Source: Caldisericia bacterium (GTDB taxonomy: Bacteria > Caldisericota > Caldisericia > JAAYUI01). Taken from it: a stretch of 64,000 bases of DNA. The stretch covers positions 1,504,001 through 1,568,000 of the forward strand of contig OY771555.1 of assembly GCA_963674785.1 (NCBI GenBank), given 5' to 3'. Both the position numbers and the translations under genes were made by a program. Below are positions 19,512 to 30,600 of the stretch, piece by piece. The notes beneath the pieces were generated by a model that was not told the origin of the DNA, made no database searches, and saw nothing but the letters and a program-made list of their open reading frames with translations. The stretch's first letter is position 1. Every line of letters starts with the position of its first letter.

Positions 19512-22118
19512 ATGGCTGAAAGACCAGGACTATTGTCTAGAGTACTCAACTTTAGAAGATGGAGAGTCTCATCTAAAATAGCATTTGGAGTTGTTTCTCT
19601 AACTTTGGTTGTATTTATGATCGTTTTCTCGATTTTTGGAGTTTTCTCATCCAGAAATATTGAAGCCCAAATGCAAGAAAACCTTTTATTTCAAACCCAG
19701 ACTGTTGCAACAGAAATCGATAGGAATCTTTTGGAAAGACAGTCGAATCTCCTGGAGTTGGTTCAGCGTGGAAACGCTCCAAAAATCGCGAATCTTATCA
19801 ATTCGTTTTCAAAGGATGAAAGAAGAACCCTGTACAACCAGTCTGCAAATGGTAAAACACTCAATTTGAGTTCAGCATCATACGATATGACTCAATTGAT
19901 GCAGTGGGAAAACACGATGAGAACGATTTCTGAGTTGTACGGGTATTCCAAGGCTGTGCTTACGGCAAGTAATGGAGATATTGTAATTTCATCCGAGCCG
20001 ATTATTGATTATCCATTGCAGAGATTTGAAGAAGAGATAAAACATGGTGGTAAAACTAGTAATGAAAAGCTACCAGAGCCTGGAATGATAAAAGCACTGT
20101 CGACTGATGTTTTAGACAATGTTTCTGATACTGAATGGTTTATGAGAGCACGGAAAAGAACAACAGAATATTCAAAAAGCAAAAATTATGAGGATAAAAT
20201 CTCGATGACTGTTGTCAAAAATGATCCCAATGGTCAAACATGGTCTGTTGTTGTATCTGCTCCAATTGTTGGAGATGTGAATAATTCTGGATTTGTTTCG
20301 TTCTGGTTTCCTGTATCTTCTCTTGGAAAACCAATTGATTTGGTCAACAAAGAAAATCCGGCTATTAATGGTGCTGTTGTTTATATACCGTATGAACCAA
20401 ATGAGTATGAAGTAGACGGGGAAAAAGAGTTAAGATATGAAGCATTGCTTCTTCATCACTCAATTGGTGGTATTGTTGGATGGAGTATAGGATCAATCTA
20501 TTATCTGAGACCTGATGAATATGATGAAGAGGGTAAAATTAGATTGCAGAGTGAGTTTGACAAGGACAAGTATGAACACCCAGACATTCCTTGGACAATC
20601 TATCATTATGAGTTTACCAAGAAGTATGTCTACGACTATCTTGAAGAAGTTCATCATATTAGAGAACAGGAAGGAAAAACAGAAGAAGAAGTCTTGGCAG
20701 ATATTCAAGCAAAAATAAAGGAAACAGCATTAACCTATGATGTTTCAGGTCGAGGTATTCCTCAGCTCTATGTTAACTATGATATTACTCACACAGGTAA
20801 CCAAGTTCTTGCGAATCAGGGAATCGAGATGTTTGCTTATCTTAGAATCACCAGAAGTTCTTATAGAGCACCAATTAACCAGATTATTATCCTTTCAATT
20901 ATTACAACTTTGTTTGCAATGATTCTTTTGGTTTTACTCTTCATTCTTATTATACAAAGACTTATGAATCCACTTCTTGTTCTTAGAGGGGGTATCCAGG
21001 AGGTTTCATTTGGTAACTACGACATTGAGGTTCCTGTTGAAACAGAAGATGAGATCGGTGACCTTGCGAAAACCTTTAACCAAATGATTCAAGATATCAG
21101 GGGTTACGTCCAAACAGAGGCTGACCGAGAGCAACAGGACAATACTATTGCTCAGCTTCTTGATACTATGTCATCAGCATCAGGTGGTGACTTGACTGTT
21201 CAGGCTGAGGTCACAGCTGACATCCTTGGTGGTGTGTCTGACTCCCTTAACTATCTTGTTGCACAGCTTAAAGAGGTTATTTCTGGTGTTATCAACGTCT
21301 CCACGAGTATCGGTGAAAACTCACAGGAGACTCTTCAGTCAACCGAAAAGCTTTCAAATGAATCACAGAAGCAGCTTGAGCTTATTACAGATACATCAAG
21401 TGCTGTAAGTATTATTGCTCAATCAACAGAGGACGCATCATCTCTTGCAGGTAATGCAGCTGATTCCGCTAGACACTCAGCTGAAATAGCTGAGACCGGT
21501 GGAAAGACTGTTGCTGAGGCTGTAGAGGGAATGAACCAGATTAGAGGTTCTGTTGCAGAAATCTCTAAGAGAATCAAAAAACTCGGTGAATCTTCACAGG
21601 AAATCGGAGAAATTGTCGACGTTATTTCTGATATTGCTGAACAGACAAATATGCTTGCTCTTAACGCCGCAATTGAGGCTGCCAGAGCTGGTGAACAGGG
21701 AAAAGGTTTCAGTGTCGTTGCCGATGCTGTTAGGCAGCTTGCTGAAAGGTCTGCAAAAGCCACAAAAGACATTGCTCTACTTATCAGAGGTATTCAGGCA
21801 GAGACTGCTGAAACTGTTGAGGTTATGGAAGAATCAACAAGGCTTGTTGTTGAGGGTTCAAGGTCAGCAGAAACTGCAAGACAAACTCTTGAGCAGATCG
21901 TTGAAAGTTCAAGGATTCTTGCTGAAACAATTTCTGGTGTATCTGAATCATCCAAACAGCAGTCTGAGGCTACTCAGGATATCAACAGATCGATGGGTGA
22001 GATTTCAACAATCACACAAGATACCACTGATGGTGTCTTGAATGTGGCAGAAGCTCTTGCACAAATTGCTGTTCTTGCTGGTGAACTTCAGGAGCTTGTA
22101 TCAAGATTTAGAATCTAG
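19512..22118 (+). CDS. Methyl-accepting chemotaxis protein (PilJ-like) with large extracytoplasmic Cache-like region and HAMP domains
   Basis: Two TM helices; [13 protein letters not shown]; [14 protein letters not shown]...DSLN; [30 protein letters not shown]. Confidence 0.92.
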   Translation: MAERPGLLSRVLNFRRWRVSSKIAFGVVSLTLVVFMIVFSIFGVFSSRNIEAQMQENLLFQTQTVATEIDRNLLERQSNLLELVQRGNAPKIANLINSFSKDERRTLYNQSANGKTLNLSSASYDMTQLMQWENTMRTISELYGYSKAVLTASNGDIVISSEPIIDYPLQRFEEEIKHGGKTSNEKLPEPGMIKALSTDVLDNVSDTEWFMRARKRTTEYSKSKNYEDKISMTVVKNDPNGQTWSVVVSAPIVGDVNNSGFVSFWFPVSSLGKPIDLVNKENPAINGAVVYIPYEPNEYEVDGEKELRYEALLLHHSIGGIVGWSIGSIYYLRPDEYDEEGKIRLQSEFDKDKYEHPDIPWTIYHYEFTKKYVYDYLEEVHHIREQEGKTEEEVLADIQAKIKETALTYDVSGRGIPQLYVNYDITHTGNQVLANQGIEMFAYLRITRSSYRAPINQIIILSIITTLFAMILLVLLFILIIQRLMNPLLVLRGGIQEVSFGNYDIEVPVETEDEIGDLAKTFNQMIQDIRGYVQTEADREQQDNTIAQLLDTMSSASGGDLTVQAEVTADILGGVSDSLNYLVAQLKEVISGVINVSTSIGENSQETLQSTEKLSNESQKQLELITDTSSAVSIIAQSTEDASSLAGNAADSARHSAEIAETGGKTVAEAVEGMNQIRGSVAEISKRIKKLGESSQEIGEIVDVISDIAEQTNMLALNAAIEAARAGEQGKGFSVVADAVRQLAERSAKATKDIALLIRGIQAETAETVEVMEESTRLVVEGSRSAETARQTLEQIVESSRILAETISGVSESSKQQSEATQDINRSMGEISTITQDTTDGVLNVAEALAQIAVLAGELQELVSRFRI

Positions 22119-22141
22119 TTTTTAAGGCAAAATCTGTTTTT

Positions 22142-22165
22142 GGGAGCAGACGAATGTTTGCTCCC
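22142..22165 (+). other. Intergenic stem-loop without U-tract between MCP and CheA
   Basis: GGGAGCAGAC-GAAT-GTTTGCTCCC. Confidence 0.6.
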
Positions 22166-22210
22166 TATGCATATAGATCATCTAGGATTTTTAGTAGTAA
22201 GGAGTTGATA

Positions 22211-24952
22211 GTGGAAGATGAAAAGGTAAACAAATATCTCCCCTCCTTCATTTTTGAGTGTAAGCAACTTTTGGCAAGTATGACTGTCACACTGGAGAAG
22301 ATATCTTCTGGTGATACATCAAACGAAACTTTGTTTGAATTGTATAGGCTTGCGCACTCAATTGGGAGCTCTGCTCTAACCGTTAATTTGGTGAGTGTTT
22401 CAAATATTGCCAGATTGATGGAAGCCGCTCTTGAGCAGTACGGAGAGGAATTCCCTCCAGCGTGGGACACAAATCTTGAAACACTCTTATCTTTCACGAT
22501 TGATAGGCTTGTTGAGGTTATTGCTGAAATAGAAGCTACTGAAAAAAAGGATTTCGAAGCCGATTTTGAAGAAATGAAAGCTTTGTGGGAAGAAGTAAAG
22601 AATATTTTTGAATTTGAGCAAGATGATGCCATAGATGAAGTTGAAGAGGAACCAGTAGAGCCGACAACAAAAGAAGAAAAATCAAGGGAACTTGATAGCG
22701 TTGTAGCTGATTTTTTCAAGATAGAGGCAGAAGAGCACCTCAAAAATCTTCAGGATGGTTTTTTGGGTCTTGAAAAAGATCCAAAAAATGAGCAGCTTAT
22801 TGAAGAAGTTTTTAGAGCTGCTCATACACTTAAGGGGGCTGCATCCACAGTTGGATTTAGATCAACTGAAGTTGCCTCCCATGCAATTGAGGATGTCCTC
22901 GAGCCAATCAGAGATGGTCAGATTGGTTTAACTCCGAACACTGTTGATGTCTTGCTTGGGTCGCTTGATGCTCTAGTTGAGGTGTTTAGGCTCGAATGTG
23001 ATGATGATCCTAAGTCTGCACAGGCAGCCGGCGAGGTTGTGAAGATTCTCGGTAAGCTTTCAGGCAAAGAGGTTGATAAGATTCCTGCTGAAACACAAGT
23101 TTTTTTTGCTGAGAAAAGAGAATCTGGTCAAAAGGACGAGTCTGTTACGGTCAGACTTTCAAAACTCGATTCCCTCATGAATCTATCAGGTGAATTACTT
23201 GTTCAACAATCAAAGCTTGTTGAAACAAGGGAAAAGTTTTCCACTATTGCAGAGTCGGTAAGGTTGTCTTTGAGAAGGCTCGCATCACTGAACACAGATT
23301 TATCCCAGCAACAGCTTATGACAAGGGCTACTCAAGCGATGAAAGTCAGGATTGCTCCTTCTGCTGATGAAGACTCAAAGTTTGCAGATGAGTTTGATGA
23401 GCTTGAGTTGGATAGATATAACGAGCTAGACCGAATTGTGAAAAATGAAACTGAGGTTCATGCAGATTTGACCGAAGCTCTCTTTGATTTGGAAAATGAG
23501 ATTTCTGAGCTTATAGTGAACTCAGATTCATTGATGCAAAGTGTTTCTACGATCCAGGGTTCTGTTATTTCAACAAGACTTATTCCGATTAATCATATTT
23601 TGAATCGATTCCCAAGAATGGTTCGTGATCTTGCAAAATCAGAAAAAAAATTGATTGATCTTCGAATGTACGGAGAAGATGTTGAAGTAGATATTACTGT
23701 TTTAAGAAATATCTTTGACCCACTTTTGCATCTTGTTCGAAACGCAGTACATCATGGGATTGAGACTCCAGAGGTAAGAGATTCTCTTGGAAAATCAAAA
23801 CAAGGTGCAATTACGATTGATGCACGATATGTAGGTAACCAGGTTCTCGTAAATGTTTCAAATGATGGTACGCCACTTGACACCTCAAAGATCTCCGATG
23901 AGGCTGAAAGAATTGGTCTGGCAACAAGAGAAGAACTTGAAAAGATGTCAGATGAGGAAATCAATAACTTTATCTTTTTGAGTGGTTTTTCAACAAGCGA
24001 AGAAACTGGACTTGTTGCTGGAAGAGGTGTGGGGCTTGATGTTGTGAAAAACACTGTTGAGGCAATTGGTGGTTCAATTTCTGTTGAAACATCTGACGCT
24101 TCGACTTCATTTTTGATGACTCTTCCGATCTCTCTCGTTATTTCACAGGGAATTGTCGTTAATGCCTCTGATCAGAAATTTATCTTCCCACTTGGATCAA
24201 TTCAGGAAGTTGCAAAAATCAATAAATCAGATATTGAGATGATAGGCTCAGGACCAGTTGTGAAATATCGAGATGAACTCTTACCCATAAGGTATCTCGA
24301 CGAAATACTGCTTATGGATCCTAAGATTTCTAAGATGTCTGAATTCCCAGTATTAATTGTGTCAAAAGGAGCTTCTTTATCTATGATCGCTGTTTCCTCG
24401 ATTGAGGGAAGACAGGACATAATGATCAAAAAACTCCCGACATGCCTTGAACACATAAATATCTTTTCAGGTGTTTCAATTTTTGGATCGGGATATGCCT
24501 ATCCTGTTTTGAACACATCCGCGATTTTAACAAAAGAGTACACGTTGAAAAAACAAGAACCTCTTGATGTTTTGAAAGAAACTCAAGTTTTGAATATTCT
24601 TGTTGTTGAGGATTCCCTTTCAATGAGAAAGATTTTGAAAATGGATTTAGAATCTGCAGGGTTCAATATATACACAGCATCTTCAGGACTTGAGGCTCTC
24701 GACATTATTGAGAGCAAACCTATTGATGGAATCATTCTTGATATTGAAATGCCTGAAATGGATGGTTTTGAATTTATGTCGATTCTCAGAGACGAGAAGA
24801 CGCTATCGACAATCCCAAAGATGATTATCACATCAAGAGCAGGACAGAAACACCGTGATAAGGCATTTGGATTGGGAGCTGATGCCTATCTAATCAAGCC
24901 TTATGATAAACAGATCGTCCTCTCAACCTTAACAAACCTTGTTTCAGGATAA
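22211..24952 (+). CDS. cheA: Hybrid CheA (ChpA-like): two Hpt, dimerisation, HATPase, CheW and receiver domains
   Basis: RLAHSIG and FRAAHTLKG Hpt motifs; FDELELDRY; HLVRNAVHHGIE; GFST; GRGVGLDVV; C-terminal REC; GTG 22211 follows AAGGAG. Confidence 0.9.
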   Translation: MEDEKVNKYLPSFIFECKQLLASMTVTLEKISSGDTSNETLFELYRLAHSIGSSALTVNLVSVSNIARLMEAALEQYGEEFPPAWDTNLETLLSFTIDRLVEVIAEIEATEKKDFEADFEEMKALWEEVKNIFEFEQDDAIDEVEEEPVEPTTKEEKSRELDSVVADFFKIEAEEHLKNLQDGFLGLEKDPKNEQLIEEVFRAAHTLKGAASTVGFRSTEVASHAIEDVLEPIRDGQIGLTPNTVDVLLGSLDALVEVFRLECDDDPKSAQAAGEVVKILGKLSGKEVDKIPAETQVFFAEKRESGQKDESVTVRLSKLDSLMNLSGELLVQQSKLVETREKFSTIAESVRLSLRRLASLNTDLSQQQLMTRATQAMKVRIAPSADEDSKFADEFDELELDRYNELDRIVKNETEVHADLTEALFDLENEISELIVNSDSLMQSVSTIQGSVISTRLIPINHILNRFPRMVRDLAKSEKKLIDLRMYGEDVEVDITVLRNIFDPLLHLVRNAVHHGIETPEVRDSLGKSKQGAITIDARYVGNQVLVNVSNDGTPLDTSKISDEAERIGLATREELEKMSDEEINNFIFLSGFSTSEETGLVAGRGVGLDVVKNTVEAIGGSISVETSDASTSFLMTLPISLVISQGIVVNASDQKFIFPLGSIQEVAKINKSDIEMIGSGPVVKYRDELLPIRYLDEILLMDPKISKMSEFPVLIVSKGASLSMIAVSSIEGRQDIMIKKLPTCLEHINIFSGVSIFGSGYAYPVLNTSAILTKEYTLKKQEPLDVLKETQVLNILVVEDSLSMRKILKMDLESAGFNIYTASSGLEALDIIESKPIDGIILDIEMPEMDGFEFMSILRDEKTLSTIPKMIITSRAGQKHRDKAFGLGADAYLIKPYDKQIVLSTLTNLVSG

Positions 24953-24965
24953 TGAGATCAACAAC

Positions 24966-25400
24966 ATGACTGAAGATAATGATAGATACTTTTTGATAAC
25001 TGTGAACTGTAGAGATGCTCTAATTCTTCTACCTTCAGGTATTCGGATTTTGCAGGAATATGAATATCGATCTGTGCCAGGGGAATTTGTAAAGGCTCTT
25101 CACTTGGGTACACCTCTTGTTGATTTGGGTCTTGTTTTAGGTGGTGAGGAATCGAAAAAAGCCTTCGGTTTTCATGTTAATGGGTATCCTGGGATACTTG
25201 TCGATAACATATCTGAGTTTCCTGAAATCATTTCTGAATTTTTTTTGACTGATTCATTAGCGAATACCAAAGGTATCTTGATTGAAAAGTGTGCTAAAAC
25301 CAATCGAGGATTACTCCCAGTTTTGTCACTTGAGAAGGTTTTTTCTGTTGAGTTTACAGTTGCGATTGATGAAGAGTTATCACGTAGAGAGTGGATATGA
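24966..25400 (+). CDS. Divergent CheW-like protein (alternative start 24939)
   Basis: GTPLVDLGLVL...GILVDNI...LLPVLSLEKV; located in chemosensory operon. Confidence 0.5.
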   Translation: MTEDNDRYFLITVNCRDALILLPSGIRILQEYEYRSVPGEFVKALHLGTPLVDLGLVLGGEESKKAFGFHVNGYPGILVDNISEFPEIISEFFLTDSLANTKGILIEKCAKTNRGLLPVLSLEKVFSVEFTVAIDEELSRREWI

Positions 25401-25828
25401 TTGATACAAAAAATCCAAAGATTTATCTAACGGTTATAATTGGTGGTATAAACTATGCTATTCCTGCATTGGATGTTTTTCTCATAGATGATAAAAGTGA
25501 ATCTGTTTGGATTCCAGTTTTTGGTTCAAGCAATCGATCTGGTGTACTGGTTGGTGATACAGTGATGCCTCATGTGGATATCTATGACCTTTTCGGGATT
25601 GAAATTAAAAACCCAAAAAAGACCTTGCAAATAAAAACTGAAGCTGATGAGTTTGCTATCTCAGTTGACGCTGTGGGTGAAATTATAAATGTTGAAGACA
25701 GTAGCATCAAAAGAATCCCGTCTGTTTTTGAATCAATGGAGCTCTCTCAGATTATCAATAAAGCGATTTTGCGAGAGGGTCAAATCGTTCCAATTATTTC
25801 AGTTGCAAACCTTGTGTCAAGCCTCTGA
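25397..25828 (+). CDS. CheW-like protein
   Basis: NYAIPALDV, MPHVDIYDLFG, FAISVDAVGEII, IVPIISV. Confidence 0.7.
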   Translation: MIDTKNPKIYLTVIIGGINYAIPALDVFLIDDKSESVWIPVFGSSNRSGVLVGDTVMPHVDIYDLFGIEIKNPKKTLQIKTEADEFAISVDAVGEIINVEDSSIKRIPSVFESMELSQIINKAILREGQIVPIISVANLVSSL

Positions 25829-25837
25829 AGTAGTCTT

Positions 25838-27499
25838 TTAATAATCCTTCTTTTTCTCAATTATATCGATGATAACATCCTCAAGACCGTGTTTTGATTT
25901 TGTGCCTGTTGCTTCAACCCACTCTCCAACAGAGTAGTTGTCAATATTGTACCATTCTGGATTAACTTTAATAATCATTTCTATATTTACGATATTTTTA
26001 ATAGTCATTTGTTGATTGTACGAATCAATGGATATTATCTCACCTTTTGTTTGGTTCAGTTGCTTGAAGGTTGCATTTTCTATTTTCAAATATTCATCTT
26101 CTGAGAGGTCTCCCGTTATCTGGTATATATCACCTCTTCTAAAAAAGCTTTTTCCACCCTTTGTTGGCTCAACAAGCCAAACGGTTTTTGTGAACAAATC
26201 TGAAACCATTGTGTCTGAACCTTTTTTGCTATTTGATGCAATCTTGGCAAGTATTTTGACTTTTGATTTTTCAAGCGTTTCCGCCTTGATTATTTTTGAA
26301 TTATAGCTTTGAATCGAGCCATCGACTCTTACCCAGTCACCCATCTCAAAGGCTTTGCAATTGAAGTCATCAGGAGTCAGTATATTCCATCTTCGCTTGC
26401 CAGTACTAACTGTTATTATCTTGTCTTTCTCGCAAGATTCGCATTCATAGATTTCTCCAGAAAATGAAACAGGCTGAATTATATCCTCATCAATTGGAAA
26501 GATTTCACAAAACTGAAGTGGCAGGTCAGGTATTGTTTCAATCTGGTAGCCAGTTATTCTCACACTTTGGTCGACTTCAATATTTTTTAGCTCTGATTCG
26601 GGTGCTTCCAGAAATGCCTTGTGAACAGTGTTTTGTGTGTCAACAATTGAAACAATTGAATGACTTGGAAGAACCTCGATTACCTTTCCTGCAATATTCC
26701 TTTTACTCAAAATGTCAAGCAAAACACATTCATGAAGGGTTTGTTCGAGTGTAAAGTCTTTTACGCCTTTTACAGCAAACTCCATGTAGCTCTTCAGATG
26801 TTCATTTGGCTGCTCATCTAGGAAATTTACCTGCCAGTATTCGTTGTTAGTTCTTATCCTGAAAAGTCCATCATGCCATCCACCTGACGAGATGATGCAT
26901 GACTTTAATAACCTTTTGTTCTCCTCATCCTCAACAATTTTATAGTTTGCAGATGTAATTAAAAACGGTCGGTTAATTACCGATTTCCCTGTAACCCTCA
27001 AGTTGTCACCAATAGAGAACTCTGTTGTGTCGATGTTCTCATCAAAAACAATCCTGTAGAAACTGAGATTTGACTCGATAACAAATAATCCTTTTTCTCT
27101 GTTGATGGCGTACACAATACCTGTGATTTCTGAGTCAATTTCTTTTTCGCCCACGATGGCGAAATCACAGTTAATATACTTGTAAATAACCTCATCTTCA
27201 GGATTTTTTTCCCTGAAGCATATCGATTCAACGATGTCTCCTGGTTTGAACCATTTTGTTTTTTGATGAGTTGCAAGTTTGATTTTAATAGGTATGTGTT
27301 TTTCCTCATCAACAATCGAGATGTCATTGAAAATCCCATCCAGCACGAAAAGATAATCCTTCCCGTTTGGAATATCAAAGATTGTGAACGTTTTGATCTC
27401 CCGAACCAGTTCCTCCCCGGCTTGAGTATTAACATCTATATTTGTAAAACATGGAGCGACAAGCAAAACAACGCACACGAATACGATCCATTTCTTCAT
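25838..27499 (-). CDS. Secreted protein with about 7 tandem OB-fold/DUF5666-like repeats
   Basis: Signal peptide MKKWIVFVCVVLLV; repeats ITGIVYAIN...FSIGDNLRVTG, KGEIISID...YSVGEWVEATG; GAGGTG SD. Confidence 0.65.
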   Translation of the reverse strand: MKKWIVFVCVVLLVAPCFTNIDVNTQAGEELVREIKTFTIFDIPNGKDYLFVLDGIFNDISIVDEEKHIPIKIKLATHQKTKWFKPGDIVESICFREKNPEDEVIYKYINCDFAIVGEKEIDSEITGIVYAINREKGLFVIESNLSFYRIVFDENIDTTEFSIGDNLRVTGKSVINRPFLITSANYKIVEDEENKRLLKSCIISSGGWHDGLFRIRTNNEYWQVNFLDEQPNEHLKSYMEFAVKGVKDFTLEQTLHECVLLDILSKRNIAGKVIEVLPSHSIVSIVDTQNTVHKAFLEAPESELKNIEVDQSVRITGYQIETIPDLPLQFCEIFPIDEDIIQPVSFSGEIYECESCEKDKIITVSTGKRRWNILTPDDFNCKAFEMGDWVRVDGSIQSYNSKIIKAETLEKSKVKILAKIASNSKKGSDTMVSDLFTKTVWLVEPTKGGKSFFRRGDIYQITGDLSEDEYLKIENATFKQLNQTKGEIISIDSYNQQMTIKNIVNIEMIIKVNPEWYNIDNYSVGEWVEATGTKSKHGLEDVIIDIIEKKKDY

Positions 27500-27595
27500 C
27501 TGATTACAGCACCTCAAACATAATTACTCTTTTCCCACTCAAAAAGTTCTAACAAATTAACAATATCATACTATTTTAAAAAAGCAATACATGAA

Positions 27596-27631
27596 AAAAG
27601 CCCCTCAAAGACGAGAGTTTGAGGGGCTTTT
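27596..27631 (-). terminator. Intrinsic terminator of the S8 protease gene (T-tracts on both strands)
   Basis: AAAAGCCCCTCAAA-N8-TTTGAGGGGCTTTT. Confidence 0.85.
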
Positions 27632-27654
27632 GTTAGTTTAGGGTTTTATAAAAG

Positions 27655-30600
27655 CTAGTTTACCTGAACTTTGTATTCGATCAGTTTTGTGACACCATAT
27701 CTGTCTGAAACTTCACATTCAATCTTGTACTCACCTGGTGAGCCATATGAGTGAATGAGAGTCTTTGGAGTTTTCAACTCAGCGTTTCCAGATGTTGAGT
27801 CACCATCGCCCCAGTCTATCTTGAAGCTAAATGGACCGTTTCCGCTCCACACCTGGAGAATAAACTCAGTATCCGAATTTGATTTTGCGTCTCCATTGAC
27901 TTTGAAAGTTGCATCTGGTGCAGGGAATCCAGAGGTGTTTGTAGTTACTATCACTGATGAGTAGTCTTCTGCTTTCACATTGGCATTTGATGCAGTTACT
28001 GCAACCTTATTCTGTACAACTTTTCCATTGAGTCTTTCGTCTGTGATTTTTGCCCAAACTTTCAATGTTACCGATGAGCCGGCTTCAATTTTGTTGATGA
28101 TCCAATAAACACCATTTGTCCTAATTTTTGCCTCAGGTCTACTGCTGATGTATTCCATTCCCTTTGGCATGTAGTCATTAACTGAGACGTCAGTCAGTGC
28201 GATTGAGCCTTCATTTGTGACAACGATTGTGTATTCAATCTTTTCGTTAACTCTGACATTTGATTTGTCGGCTGTTTTTGAGACTCTCAGTTTTGTTTTG
28301 AATGGGTTTGAGGTTGTTGATTTAGTTTTTGTGGTCTCAAAGTTTGTTGCACCGTCAATATAGACACCGCTAATATAGGCATTATTTACGATTGCATTGA
28401 CTCCAGTTGGAATCTCATCGTTGATTTTTGCTTCCCAGATAATTTCGCCAGGGAAGTTAGCGTTTTCATATTCAAGAACTGGATAGGTTACATAAACGTC
28501 ATCATCACCAGTTCTATTATCGACAAACGAGAAGAATGGGGTTCCACTGTTATCGATCTGAGCGTTAGGAAGAATGCTCTCTGAGTCAATATCTGTGATC
28601 GCCTCAGAGCCACCATTATTAAACAGGTCTCTCCATCCGGCGTTGAACCAGCTAAATCTGATGTTTGTTGAATCGCTCTGCTCTTCCCAAATCAGCGCTG
28701 GTCTTCCATCTGGCTGAAGGCAAACATATGGATTGTCCTCAATTAGAGCTGAGTTTGTGATGTTTTCATAACCTGGAGTACCATTGGCAGTAACCCACTG
28801 ACCACCATCAAATCTTGTGTAGATAATGTCACTTGAACCAATCTGTTCATCCATCCATGTGAGATGTGGAATATCGCCTGTCTGCATCTTAAGCTCAGCG
28901 TTTGAATGTGCAACAGCGAACAATCCAATTGTAGGAACCATGTCTTCCCAACCAGGTGTTACGCCATTGAAATGCGTCCAGTTGTTTGTGGCACTGTTCC
29001 ACTTTGAAACAAGAAGGCTGTCGTCGATAATAAACCACCAGAACCATTCTCTTGTTTCGATGCCAGCGTATGTATCACCATTACTGTCAACTGCAAGCGT
29101 CGGGCTTGATGTCCAGTTTCCTGAGTTAAGCTCTTGCTGTGCACCGGGTGTTACACCGTCAAGCTGTGTCCAGATTCCACCGCTTACCTTTGTGAAATAA
29201 AGTCCGTATGCTGGATTGACGTATGTCCACCACATTCCATTCCATACCCATCCACCTGGCATGTAGTATGAGAAGACGACTGAAATGTCACCGTTCTCTC
29301 CCTGTTCAATCCTTGGAGAGTAGTATCTGTAGCTTGAGTTTAGGCCAGTTGTGAGAATGTCTGTTCCTGCTGTTCCGTCAAGTTTTACAAGGCTGCTGCC
29401 ATTCCAATAGCAATGATGTACTGAGAGTTCATCTTCTTTCCAGATAAAGTGAGGATTATCGAGATCATCAATAAACATGTCTGGATTAGCTGAAATTGTG
29501 GCTGCTGTGTTTGAGATGTTCGATATACCTGGGTCACCCTGAAGGTCTACCCATTCATTTCCATTCCATTTGGTATAGAATATCTCGTCATCACTTGGGA
29601 AGCTTCCAAGGATGTGGTTGCTCCATACAACATGAGGATAACCCATGCTGTCAATCTCCATTACCTGTTGGGTTGATGATTCAATATCATCGCTGACATT
29701 GTCGTATCCTGGGATTCCCGTTGAAAGTCTCATCAGATGTCCTGAGCCTGGAATATTGTGAATATCCCATCTCATTCTGTATCCGTAGCCAACACCGTCA
29801 GGGATCCTCTCGTTGATCCATGTGTTTCCGTTATCTGCTGAATAGTGAGTTGGGATTGGGAATGCCTTACCGTTGTAGTATGCGCCCATTGGAATTGCAT
29901 CTTCAACAGTCATTTCAGCGAAGAGATCCATGTCACCGAGGTTATACTGCATGCTGTATCCAAGTTTTTCGCTTGGATAAACCATGACTCCGTTATCACC
30001 ATGAGTGTTTCCAATTCCGCCTTTGCCAACGTCCTTTATGAAATCAAATTTGTAATTTGGACCTGGTCTAACTCTAATGGTGATGATGTCTTCGTGGTAA
30101 AGGTTTCCAGATGTTCCCCTGACAATTATGTAGTATGTGCCGACTGGTAGTTGGTCGCTTGTAGAAAGGGTGAGAATAGATGTTTCAGTATCTATATTCA
30201 GGTAAACTGAATTAGGGTTGAATGACGAGTTGAGTTCTGCTGGGATTAACGAACATGAAAGAGCAACATCACCTGTAAAGCCAGCAATTGGTGTTACGTC
30301 GACTGGGAATGTTCCTGTTCTCCAGTCAGAATCAATGTCTACCAAGTCTGGTGTTACTCTGACATCAAAATCTGGAACGATTGCTTCGTACTCAATCGAA
30401 ACTGCAAACGGCTGAGGTCCCTGTGGTACATTCGCAGCATCAACATAAACCATGTACATTCCAGTTTCAAGTGAGTTATTGATTGTTACACCTTCAACGT
30501 TGTTGGCTGTGTCGGTTGATGTTGCATTAATCTCTGAATCAGATGAGAAACCGATTCCGCCAACGTACTGGTTTCCACGATAAATGTCTCCGCCAGGGGA

